Shown: in pieces, positions 37,761-49,831 of the stretch
How positions within the stretch are numbered: the first letter of the stretch is position 1
Layout of the letters: each line of letters begins with the position of its first letter
Assembly: GCA_965112155.1 (NCBI GenBank)
Contig: OZ218100.1
Length of the DNA stretch: 64,000 nt
Reading direction: 5' to 3' (one strand)
From: Podarcis liolepis
Lineage: Eukaryota
Position numbers and translations under genes: made by a program
The notes under the pieces: model-generated
Databases searched by the model: none
Told to the model about the DNA's origin: nothing
The model's input: the letters and a program-made list of their open reading frames with translations, nothing else

Positions 37761-40187
37761 CAGCTCATGTAAATAGTTCCAGGTTCAGTCTGCAGCCTAT
37801 CCAGGTGGGGCTGGGGAAGATGTCTGGAGAGCTGCAATGTTGCCAAGACTGAGCTAGATACACCAGTGGTCTGACTTGGTATTCGGCAGTTTCATGTTAT
37901 CCTATGTATCTCATTGACACAGGCATGGCTTATACACTCTTCTCTGAAAGAGAGAGATAGCAAACAACAATGAACACTGTTGCACTCGTGATGTTCACTT
38001 AAGCTTCTCAAGAGGCAATATAGGTGACCACTGTAGCAAAGAGAGTGCTGGAGATGAAGGACAAGCCACAAGCAGAATATAAGGCACTGATTCTGAAACT
38101 TAAAGTACTCCTTTGATCCCACAGTTGCATCACAACACCCATTTTACAGAAAGCAAACCCATCTGATCACCCTTTAGTTGATTTTTTGCCATTCATTACC
38201 CAGCCAGATTCTATCAGATCATTTTCAATTGACCTCTAAAGCACCCCTCTCCCTGAAAGAGAACCTCCCATTTTCTCTTACATTCTGCACTCTGGTGAAG
38301 AGGATTAGCTGGTATTTGGAAGGGAAGGAGATGGAATTACCAATGCTGGTGGACAGAGGATAGTGCCAATCATACAGATGATGCAATGGAATCACCTGAC
38401 ATTCCCAAAATGTTAGTTGTCCCCCACCCCACCCCCTTTTTTTTACAAGGACCCAAACTAGAAAGATAATGCATGTACAAGAAGCCTGTGTCCATGTGCA
38501 GATTCTTCAAGCTGCATTTAAACATACAGTTCAGATGGGGCCTGAATGTGGATCCTATGCCTTTCCTTGGTTCAGGATCCACATTTACTATACATTTAAA
38601 GGCATAAAATCCTGCCCTATCTGCAAGGAGAGGACTACAGTGTCCTCCATTTTGGTAATATGGAGCCCCATGCAAGAGACTTTTGGGGCCCAGTTGATTG
38701 CACATTGACTTGTTTTGCAGTTTTGCTCTTGTAGACTGCTTTTGATGTCAGCTGTGGTGGTCAGAGGAACCTCAGGTAGAGAATGATTCTTGCCCAAAGT
38801 AAAGCTACTGGATGTCTGAATGATCTCATGACTGTGCTGTGGGTGGGTGGGTGGAGATTGCTATTTTGACAGACAATAGGGTATATTTTTTCTTTTAAAA
38901 AATTAAACTATTGTCAATCTTCCTTTAAAAATTAGGCTTCCCTGCATGTTTTATTGCAGAGTTGTTAATGTGAATGTGTAGACTGGATTGTTCAGTTCTA
39001 TAGTGCTGCAGTGCTTCGCAGAATAACACAAGCAAAAATAAAAGGATCCTTGCCCCGATAAGTTTACAATTTAAGCTTTGACAAGTGGAAGTGGGGAGAA
39101 TAGAGAAGGAAAGGTAAAGGACCACATCCTTCGTGCCGAAGCTTAGAACTCTCTGGGAAAGAGGGCAGTGATGCCTTTATTGCCTCTTCCTCTGCTCCGC
39201 TGTAAATATACTCTCTCTCCTTGTATCTGTCAACAACGTTCCACAATAAAAGTCTAGCATACAAGTTTTCCATGAGAAAGTCCATTTTTTAAATCAATAA
39301 CACTTACATATGAGTAACTGGGCACAACACTTCAGACAAAGACAATCTGTTGGTGACAGTTTGTTCTTGTATGTGTAAATTTAGCCCCTTTTCGCCTTGA
39401 GCTGTTCCCTGGACAATGAGAGCACAAAAGAAGCATTTGAGCAGAAGACAGAATCAGCATCGAAGGAGCTTTTGGAATATCGTCGTGACTTAATTCTAAT
39501 TCAGGCTTTCAGGGATTTAATAATCTTGTGTATTAGAGGAAAATAAAGCTGTTCTACTGACAGAATGATGAGCTTCTGCGACGGGGATACAGAACTTTAA
39601 AATGAACAATTTTGTTTCATTTACTGAATAGCAATGTGTAGTTCAAGCAGCTGAATTTTATGAAGGAACAAGGAGAACAAGTGCAGGTGGGTGGAAGGAA
39701 GGTTAATATATGGCCAGCTAGACTTGTACTAGAATCCATAGGGAAACCAGTCTGACCAGAGGTTCCTCTATTCATTCTTATTCTACCTTTGTATGTTGTT
39801 GCACGCCACTCGAATCTCTGAGCAGTATGAGATTCCAGGCACTTACTCAGGATCCATGTTTCCTTTTGGAAGGAGGAACAGTGGAGACAGTGGTGTGGTG
39901 TCTTTAGGATATATGTTTTGTTTATACAACCTGAGCCTACGATGGAGAGGTTTCACAGCATCAACACCCTAAATGGGTCTTGCTTCTCCCATAGCCACAG
40001 CCTTAGATTCAAGCAGAAATCAGCCATGACTCTCTTTGCCTGCAGCTTTTCACCTTCCGTTTCTAGCTCACATAACTCCAAACTCTCAACTCTGGATTTA
40101 TTCCTTCTCACTATCTGTGAGATGAGGGACGTTTCCCAGAGAGCCCCTTCCTTGGTTTCCTTACACCTCACCAAGAGGCTAGCCTAA

Positions 40188-40312
40188 CTTGATTAGCTTT
40201 TAACACTTGCTGGGTCCAGGGATTAGAAGTCTGACACCCAGGGTAACACCCCCAAGCCTTGATTAAATTCTAACACTTACTGGATCCAGGGATTGGAGAG
40301 GTCTGGCACCCA
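40188..40312 (+). repeat. Diverged tandem duplication, ~70-bp period
   Basis: CTTGATTA..TAACACTT(G/A)CTGG(G/A)TCCAGGGATT..GTCTG(A/G)CACCCA occurs twice. Confidence 0.8.
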
Positions 40313-41548
40313 CAAACTCCTAATAATATTTATCAAGATAATGTGGCTGCAGTACAAGCTGAATTAGTTTGCTCTCTACTTTCTCTTCCAAACTGATCTA
40401 AAATGCTAACTGTAGGCGTCATGTTAAATGAAGTGACATGCCATCTAGTTTCATTTTACAAGTAGCTCTTTATCTTCTGTTAAGTAATTTTAAAAATATA
40501 TATCTTGCAGGGTCCTCTGTGAATTGCATCAGTCATGCTTACATTTACTGCAGCAACTCTTACCTAACACAGCATTTAAGTGCAACATGATATAAAAATG
40601 ACTGACCTGTGACAAGAGATTTGAGACGGATGGGGTTGGGGAGTGTTCCAAAGTCTCAGGGACAGAAGCATGGCTGGACCCACCATTAGACACACTGAGG
40701 CAGCTGCCTCTGGCAGCTGATTTCGAGTGTCATGAAAGGCCAGCAAATAGTTAGCTATGTTATTATTGTTGCATTTTCACTGCCTGGGAGGATGAGTGGA
40801 ACCTACAAGGTTTTCTGCCAAAAATAAAATAATATGCCTGGCCTTAGGTGCTGTATCCCTCATTTGCCAGGGGTGGGAGCTCATTTGTTGTGCCACAGTC
40901 AGTGTATTGGGCTGTGTACACACCATAAATTTAAAGTACACCCCCCCATACACACACCTCAGGAATCTAGTTTGTTAGTCCATAGCACTGATACTGAGCA
41001 TTTGGAGAAGGATCATGGGAGCAGCCTTGTCCCTGACCCCAAATGCCATACAATGACCGTTTATTGTCTGGGGGCAGCGGGTAGAAAAGCCTCCTTCCAT
41101 ACCAGGAGACCAAATCTGTTTGCTTCATTTCTGCCAGTCACTATATTGCCAAAATGGACAACTGGAATAAACATTCCCCTCTCAACTTGTCAGCATGCAC
41201 TGGCTGAATGCAGCTCCCTGGCACATGTCTACTGCATGTTTAAGAAAACACAGAATCATAGAATTGCAGAGTTGGAAGGGGTTCCAATGGTCATGTAGTC
41301 CAACCCCCTGCCATGCAGGAATCTCAGCACAAGGTCCCCTATTCAGTTTGAACCCATACTGGACTCTGCTTAGCTCTGCAAATGTGCTAGCAGTTTTACT
41401 GTTGCACCACTAGTGTAAAACACTGGGGAAATAGGAAAAATTGTCCAGAAAACATTGCTGGAGAGGTAATAGCTAAGTGGTATGATTTGTATGTCGAAGG
41501 TTTGGTCCTTGGCATCTCCAGTTCAAAGGATTGTGTAGCAATCAATGT

Positions 41549-41869
41549 GAATCATAGAATCATAGAGTTGGAAGAGACCACAAGGGCCATCGAGTCCAAC
41601 CCCCTGCCAAGCAGGAAACACCATCAGAGCACTCCTGACATATGGTTGTCAAGCCTCTGCTTAAAGACCTCCAAAGAAGGAGACTCCACCACACTCCTTG
41701 GCAGCAAATTCCACTGTCAAACAGCTCTTACTGTCAGGAAGTTCTTCCTAATGTTTAGGTGGAATCTTCTTTCTTGTAGTTTGGATCCATTGCTCCGTGT
41801 CCGCTTCCCTGGAGCAGCAGAAAACAACCTTTCTCCCTCCTCTATGTGACATCCTTTTATATATTTGAA
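41549..41869 (-). mobile_element. CR1 3' fragment inserted in an older tRNA-SINE
   Basis: GAATCATAGAATCATAGAGTTGGAAG tail and CR1 ORF2 end. Confidence 0.9.
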
Positions 41870-43048
41870 AGACCTGTGCTAAGTCGCTGGAGAGTCACTG
41901 CTACTCAGCCTGGACCCGAAATAGACCATTGGGCTAACTCATTGCAGGGTACCTTCAATGGCACCACATCTTCACTGCAGCAAGCACCAAAGTAGCATAG
42001 GAAAACCGATAAGTGCAATTGTTTAATAAGGGGATTGGATTTGGTGTTTCAAAGGAATCTTTTTTTATGTTTAAAATAAATTTCTTTTTGAAAACAATGT
42101 ATTAGGCAATGCCATAGGGTTAGGGAAAGCTGACCTAAAAATGAGACGGGAATAATCAAAGAGCAAACAGAAATAGGCCTTGAACATTTAACAGCTTGCA
42201 GCTGGGAATTATTCATTTTCATAATAATATTAAAGCTTCCAAATTAATGTAAGGCTGGGTGGGTGGGTTGCATATTCAAAGAAGCATTTTTTTCCCTTGA
42301 AGATTTTAGACATGTCTTCAGTGTGACATTTGCAACACCCACACAGACCAACCTCTGGAGACCTGACAAACCCTACCTGATCAGATTTACTTTACAAACC
42401 ATGGCAACACATTTGCATCGTCACCTTCTATTACTGGATACTATGAAATGTTGCATCCAACTTCAAGAGAATGCAGAGCTGTCCTTTCTCAAGCCCAGCG
42501 TACAATCAGAACTATGAATTCTGTCCCCACAAATCTGGTCACGCAGCTTAGTCTCCAAACTATTTAATACATCTTTCAAGGAGAACAACTCTTCCAGTGC
42601 TGCATGATTCACACACTGCCTAAAACAATAGCCCCCTTCAGATACTATATGAAGATACGGAGGCTGAAGAGGCAAGGTTGCATGTGCCTGATCTTCACAG
42701 GTTTGTCATAAGGTCTGAAAGGAGCCTTCTGCATAAACAGAGGTATACACACAGAACAGCCATCCTGAACCTGGTGTCCTTCAGAAGTTTTGGATTACAA
42801 ATGCCATCAACCCCAGCCAGCACAACCATGCCGGCTGAAGCTAATGGGAGTTGTGGTCTGGAGGGCACCAGGTTAGAGCAAGTTAATGCAGAGCAGTGTT
42901 TCCCAAGTTTGGGTCTCCTGCTGGTTTTGGACCTCAACTCCCATCTTCTCCGACCACTGGTCCTGCTAGCTATGGAGATGGGAGTTGTAGTCCAATAACA
43001 GCTGGCAACCCAAGCTTGGGAATCGCTGGTGTACAGCAAGGGAAACCA

Positions 43049-43620
43049 CAGAATCATAGAGTTGGAAGGGACCCCAAGGGTCATCTAGTCTAACCTCCTG
43101 CAAATCTCAGCTGAAGCATCTATGACAGATGATTAGGGATGATCAGAGAAAAGACAGAACTACTCAACACCTACTTTGCCTCTGTCTTCACCCAAAAGGA
43201 AAGCGATGCCCAACCTGGTAATAACAGAATACATGATGTAAGGAGGGAGCTGCAGCCCAAGATAGAAAAAGAGGTAGTAAGGGAACACCTAGCTCAGTGG
43301 CAGAACTTCATGCTCCAGCACCAGGGGGTGGAGAGCAGGTGGGGGCGGGATTGGTGCACGTCCTGGAGGCGTGGCGTGCCACCCGCAGGGATGTGGTGCG
43401 TGTCCTGGGGGCATGACACGCTGCCTGTGGGGGTGTGGCACCCAGCACGGGCAGGGGGCAGCCGCGATGGCACCCCACCGGGATCACGCTGCCGGGGGCG
43501 GTGCGCTCCTCTTCCTCCGCCAGTGACTTAGCTACTTTAAAAGAATTCAAATCTCCAGGGCCTGATAAGCTGCATCTAAGTGTACTAAAGGAGCTTGCAG
43601 GTGTGATTTCCGAGCCTTTG
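43049..43620. mobile_element. CR1 composite: minus-strand 3' end joined to a plus-strand ORF2 fragment
   Basis: 43049-43131 is the CR1 tail; 43139-43620 reads EKTELLNTYFASVFT...KSPGPDKLH..LKELA. Confidence 0.8.
43295..43525. mobile_element. GC-rich hAT MITE nested in CR1
   Basis: TSD ACCTAGCT/ACTTAGCT; CAGTGGC start. Confidence 0.8.
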
Positions 43621-44949
43621 AGATTCGCATTATTGTCAGTTCTTGTTGTTTTTTTAATCAGTTCTGTTTTTATTATATGGTATGGTTTTAAACTTGTACC
43701 AGGTTTATACTACGCATATTTTGGACGATGCCTTTGGAGGCTTTGTTTTAAACATGTATTTGCAAACAATAGATTGTACCCAACTAAATTCTCCTCAGAG
43801 TAGACCCATTAAAATGAATAGGCCTAAGTAAGTCATGTCTTTTAACTTCAATGGGTCTACTCTGGGCATGACTAGCCCTGGAGTCAAACCAATGCAAATT
43901 AATAAATGCACACTCTACACACACTTTTTCTCTAATTGACCTTCATATGATTGCTGTATCACATGTGTGTCCTCCTATATCAATATGAACCAAGTATTGT
44001 TCAGAGTGGGTGACAATGTTTCTTTCCCTCGCTTGCCCTCACAACAACCATCCAAGGGGAGGTATCACCTTTCTCATTTAGTAAGTGAGGAACTGAGATG
44101 GGTGAAGGATGGTTTGTCCAGGTCCTTGGCTCCGGGTTGCTTTTGAGATTACATTTTCCCCACAATGCAGAGATAATTTCCATATAGGAAATGTACACGG
44201 CATAACATCTGACTTGCAGCGTATATGTGCTTTTGCTGTTATGAGCATATGCATCAGGCAGTAAATACATATATTGGGGAAGATGCGAGGAATGAAGCCC
44301 TCAGCTTGGTACACAAATCCTAATCTTACTAAGTCAGCCCTGCTAAAAATCTATCCAGTTAATAATGCTTTGAAAATTAATGCAGCTACATTGTCATTTT
44401 TCTTTCTTGAACTGCTGTGAAAACTTTGGTGGCTCTGAACTTTCAACGCTACTGGAAAAATACTGCTTCCATTAGCATGGATTGGAAGACCAAATATGGA
44501 ATTTAACTCAACAGGATCATTGCATAACTTTGAGAAGTTATTTTATTTTAGGAACATTCGAGAGGCAAAAGGCGAATGGTCCATCATCCAAACATTATGG
44601 AAAATGAATTTTACAGGCAAGCTCTTCTAGATATTGGAATACCTGTTGCTAAACCTGAACTGCCAAAAACAACACACAAAATGACTGTGGTTTATACTGA
44701 AGTATCCAATGTACTTAGAACCTAATAAAAACTTTTATTAGGCACAACAATAAATAGCATCGTAGAAGCGCTTTGGAATAAGCAGGTGACAGAGTGCTGA
44801 TGGATCACTAGGAAGAATGGAAGAAGGCATTAAGGGTTACCAGAATGAAATGGTTTTCTGTGATTGTTGTTGCTGCTGCTGCTATTTATATCCTGAAGTT
44901 CAAGGCTGGCAACAACATCTCATAACTCATCACCAGCAACCCTAGGAAG

Positions 44950-45133
44950 TTGATCCTAGTGGTAGAGCATCTATTTTGATTTCAGAAAGTCCCGGGTTCA
45001 AGCCCCAGCATCTCCAGCTAGGGCTGGGAATATCCCTAATCTGAAACCCTGGTGAGCTGCTGCCAGTCTGTGTAGACAATAGTCAGCTAGATGTACAAAT
45101 GGTCTGATTTGGTATAAGGAAGCTTCCTATATT
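44950..45133 (+). mobile_element. tRNA-derived SINE (Squam2-like)
   Basis: AGTGGTAGAGCATCT..GGTTCAAGCCCCAGCATCTCCAG..ATAAGGAAGCTTCCTAT; a minus copy lies at ~51755-51890. Confidence 0.7.
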
Positions 45134-47969
45134 CATGATTATTCCTGGTTTACAAAGTGGAGGAACTGCAGCAAAGAGAGAGTGCCATGGTCAAAGCTGC
45201 TCAGGACTAGACAATGATTTTAACACTGACCTGTCAATACCAAGTCTAAGGAGCATTCATGGGGAGGGGGAAATGGAAAATTTTAACAGTTTAAAATGCA
45301 TGCGCATGTGATGACTGTGCATTGAACATCATGTTCATGGCACAGGTGCATGTGGCAGAGACCTAGGGCTCAGCATGTCTCCCAATTGCATGAATATGTA
45401 GTAGAGAACAAGAGGCTGTCATTGTGTAGTAAGTCAAGTGGCCATAACTCTACTTTTGGGGCATTTTTTCCCCACTGTCACAAGGGAGCAAGGGGTACTT
45501 TCTGTGATGAGCTAGATCCAAGCTGAACTTTTTAAAATTAAATACCTCTAAAAAATATATGTATTTATTTTTTAAAAAATAATAAATTTTGAAAAACAGT
45601 GGGCTGCCTCCAGATTAAGTTGGTTGAACTCAGGACACACAGAAGTTACTTAGGACAAGTTTAGTCATGATGACTTTGCTTAATTAAGTACATCTACCTT
45701 GCAGATCAGTCCTATAGTTGACTATTAAAAAGTAAGCCCCACTGAGTTCAATGAGACTGAATCATAGATAAATGTCTTTCAGATAACGGACTCGGCCTGG
45801 GTCAAAACCAGTTAAGAATCAAACTGAGAAATACATTACTGTAAAACAAATTTCAGTGTTTTGAAAGTTTGGGGGAGGGGTGTCTGAACACCATCAGTTT
45901 TTCTTTTAAAAAGGTATTTTGTGGTACCTACAACAGTTTCTTAGATTTTCAGATATATCTATAAGCCCCAAAAGAGTGGAGACCTCTAGATTAGAGAGAA
46001 ATAACAACACAGGCATTGATAGCTTTCTCCTCCATGAAGTCATGGTTTCAGCCTAAAACACAACCTCAATCTCCTCAGAGAAAAAGTGGGATGCAAATTA
46101 GGAATCAATTCATAATCAGAGTTTATTATAATTAACCATTCCCTCTTTTAATTTATAACTATTAATTTATTAAATTTATATCCTGCCTTTCCTCCCAAAG
46201 GTGCAAAGGGGGTCTGAATGGAATATCAGAGCAGTTTTAGAAACAGCTGCCCCCAGGTTTTTGCATACAGATTACAGGTTATAGATTGTCACATACTGGG
46301 ATTTTCACATGTTCATGCAAACAGGGCCAGCAACAAGTTGAGGAATAAAAGGACGGAATATTTTGAGCAAAAGACATAGAAGAAAACCAGCTGGTAAAGC
46401 TCGAAAAGTTGACTCGGGGAAGGCTTCATGTGAAATTAAGCTTAGACTCTTCGCAACCAACGTGTTTGAGTGACAAGCTGCTTAACTTAATTGCAAGTAA
46501 AAATGAAGTTCTTTAAAACTGAAGAGAACGTGAAAACTACAGTATTGTTAGCTTTAAAAGGAACATCAGAAGGAAAGATGATTTTTGAAGCGCATAACAG
46601 AATAATGAGACACAAATAGCTAAAAAATATGAAGGATAACAATAAGATTCCCACAGTGTGCAGTTGGACTATAAAAACACACACAAGCGCAAGCAGTTTC
46701 ACGTGTGATAAAAGATAGGGTTATGTAAATATCAGTATTTGAAAGGAAATTAATGAGATGTGCTTTTCTAGACATAAACACAAATGCTGAAAGCTCAGAG
46801 TATATCTACACTACAGATGTCTACTACAGCTTTATGGTAGATAGTCATGTGAGCTTGACCTCACCCCCAAAGGCACACTCCTCCATTGTCTCCCAAGACA
46901 GGTGCCAAACAGTCATGTTGTATAGGGCAGGGTAACCAACACTGCTCTCCAGGATTTTTTGGACTCCCATCAGCCCCAGTCAGTGTGGGCAACAATCAGG
47001 GACGCTGGGAGTTGTAGTTCAAACACCTTTAGAGGGCACCATGCTGGCTAACTCTGGTATTGGACTTTGTCTAGGGAGATTTGGCTTCAGATCCTTAACC
47101 AGTCTTTCTGCACACTGGGCACCCTTCAGCCAGTCACCATCTTTCAGCCTAACCTTCCTCACAGGATAGTTGTGAAGATCACATGCTAGCATCTCTTAAC
47201 TGCACAAAAAAAGAGTGTGGTCTCTTTAAAAGATAAGAATAACTGTGTGAAAATTCAAGTATTTAGTGAGATTTAATTTTACTGTTTGTCTGAAAATGCA
47301 AAAAAACAAAAAACCACCAACCAACCGACACACAAAAAAATCTCTTTGAGCATGAATAAGCTTTAGGCAAGCTGCTGTTTTCTCAGCTTCAGCTTCCACT
47401 TGCATTGCACTAATAATACTGCTGACCTACCTTTCAGGGTTGCTGTAAGCACTGCTGAGGTAATGTGAAGCACTTCAAATATAAAACACCTATATAAGTT
47501 CTAGGATTATTGGATCGATTGGTTTGCTTGTTACATTTAGATCCTGCTTTTCTACGAAACGGTGCTCTTTTTTTAGTTTAGGTGGGGCAGTAAATTTTAG
47601 AAAAACTTGGATTTTGACTTTCGGAAGACTTTATCTACAACCAAGTAGAGCTTCTGAACATGAATGTACTTAGGAACTAGGTGATAATGCTTCATAAGGT
47701 GACAAGCATTACTTTCCAATTTCCCATACTTGTCTTTGGGTGTGAGCAGGTGGCAATCAAACTCCACCCCCGTTGATCCAGGGTTTTTTCCTCCTTATTT
47801 TGATTATATTTGATTATTTGGAATGGCCTGTTTGTTCTACAAGGCAAAGCTGGAAGGAAAGGAAGACCATTGTCACCGTGGCACATTCCTTTTGTCTGAC
47901 TTGCTTCACATCCTCCTTAATTGCGGAGCTATGCAACTTATGTGGCAGCAAAGTATGCTGCTGTCTGAG

Positions 47970-48260
47970 GCCCGGGTCAGCCAAAATAAACACGAGGGCA
48001 GCGAGAATTAAGGGAAAGTGAGATAAGGCGGCCATAAACACGCTGTCCTCAAAAGCACCCGCTCCGTCCGGTGGAATCAAATAAGGCCCTCAATCTGACC
48101 TCATTGACGCAATTCCCGACACTTTCCAGGTTTTCAAGTTATCGATAAGGCAGTGAAAGTTAAAGCAGCTGCTCAAAATGGTTTCCCCGGCTTCCTTAAA
48201 TTGACAGAAGCCTCGAGCAGAGGAAGCTGCCAGCAGCACACTGTTCCCTTTTGCGGCACT
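47970..48260. promoter_or_regulatory. Candidate enhancer / conserved non-coding element
   Basis: Non-repeat, about 14 CpGs, clustered FOX, GATA and CRE-C/EBP motifs. Confidence 0.5.
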
Positions 48261-48459
48261 CAGACATTCATCTCTGCATGCTTAACCCCATTGTCTTAAT
48301 GGGGTCAAACATGCATAGCTCAGTGCAGCCTTGCACTGAGGAGGAATGAGGAGGCTTAAGCATAAGCTCGAGTCAGCTCAGGAAAGTGAAGATACCACAC
48401 AAGCATATCCATGTTAAGACAGGAAGGGCTTTATAGGGTAACGTTTGATTTTCCTTGTA

Positions 48460-48595
48460 CAATGCTTTTCTACAAACCAGGGACAGTTTGGGGGGGTCTC
48501 TGTGTTTCCCCACTGCGCTTTGAATGTGTGGTGCAAACAGCCTAAGTGGAAAAATACTTAAATTGTGATTTTTCCCTGTTCCAGCATATCTACAC

Positions 48596-48630
<35 letters not shown>

Positions 48631-49561
48631 CAAAATTCGGAGACTTTTATGTGTATGTGTGTGCTCTGCAATGGCCTTTGAATTTGGGAGCCATAGAATT
48701 TATGTGGGCAGGGAGAGAAGGGATAACTTTTCCCACTGTTGCTTGGAAGATACACCAAATAGTGGCAGTCCTTAACAACTGTAGCAGCATACCTGATACT
48801 ATGGGAAAGATTATGTACTTGTAAAAATACGCCCCGTCACAAATAAATTCAAGTCGGCAACTGCCCCATATTAACTGAACTATTATGTACTGCTGTCTCC
48901 CCATGATCTGGACAACCTTCACTGGCTACAATCCTAGAGATTTGCCCTGCGGCAGAATGGATAAACAGTTTTCCTGCCAAGTCATCGTGGATTAGCTACA
49001 GCGGTGGCGAGGATAGCAGGATATGTGCAAGGGTAAGAGTTACAATGCATATTCCAGCTGTAACGTGAGATGGGATATTCGGAATGAGGCAGCATCATTT
49101 GAAGGAACGTTTACATGCTGTGGAAACGATGCCCAGCATTTGGACTGAGCAGAAGGGCAAGTTCAGCGTCATGCTTGTCCTGACATCAAAGCACACTGGC
49201 CCCAAACTATTGGTGCTTAAACTCCAAAGATTCCACCACAAAGCTTTAGATACGCATGCAGATTTATGTTAAGATGGGAGATTACCACAAAGGGAGAAAT
49301 TGCATATGACATGGGAAACCAGTGATGAGATTCCCAGTTTGTTTGTTTTTTTGTTTTGTTTTTAAACTGGAACACAGGCTTGGAGGGCTGTAGTTTTAAT
49401 TGCAGCAACTGTGCTGGCATGGGGTGCTTAACCCTTTCCCCATGGCTGTTTTTGTGAGCAGAATCACATATTGCATGGTTCTCCCCCAACTTGCAGTGGG
49501 GAAAAACAGAGAACCCTCCCCCCCCCAAAAAAAAATGTCCCTGGTTTGTAGGAAAGCAATG
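48460..49561. mobile_element. 1.1-kb segment bounded by ~60-bp inverted repeats with TA flanks
   Basis: CA(A/T)TGCTTT(T/C)CTACAAACCAGGGACA...CCCCACTGC at 48460-48516 and inverted at 49493-49561. Confidence 0.55.
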
Positions 49562-49796
49562 TATTCGTCCACGATTATTATCACAGACCTGGCCTAGGTG
49601 TGTGTGGGGGGGGGGGAGTTAAGCTAATACAGCTGCTACAGCAATCAAATTTGTAGGTCACCAAAGCAGCATTTCAGCAGTAAACTAAGATTGGGATGCT
49701 CATTACATGTCTCTCGTGTACTCTTTAGTTTGGCTGTAAATAAAATTATACTCAAATGCAGTAGCAACAACAGTTCAAGATTCTGAAGTTTTATAT

Positions 49797-49831
49797 CTAC
49801 ACTTGATCTTAGCCAAAAGGCCGAGAAGCGA
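49797..49831 (-). pseudogene. U2: Tailless 3'-truncated U2 snRNA retrocopy (U2 nt 2-36)
   Basis: Minus strand TCGCTTCTCGGCCTTTTGGCTAAGATCAAGTGTAG is identical to the vertebrate U2 5' end. 13-bp TSD GAAGTTTTATATC at 49785-49797 and 49830-49842. Confidence 0.93.

Noticed and set aside
39565-39627. Box C (ATGATGA) and box D (CTGA) spaced like a C/D snoRNA
   Set aside because: No terminal stem, no recognisable rRNA or snRNA guide, no plus-strand host gene.
48275-48340. Two adjacent hairpins resembling a pre-miRNA or structured RNA
   Set aside because: The CCCATT..AATGGG core matches the abundant old palindromic MITE remnants (e.g. 9080-9135, 43790-43870, 61370-61430); the stems are too short for a miRNA precursor.
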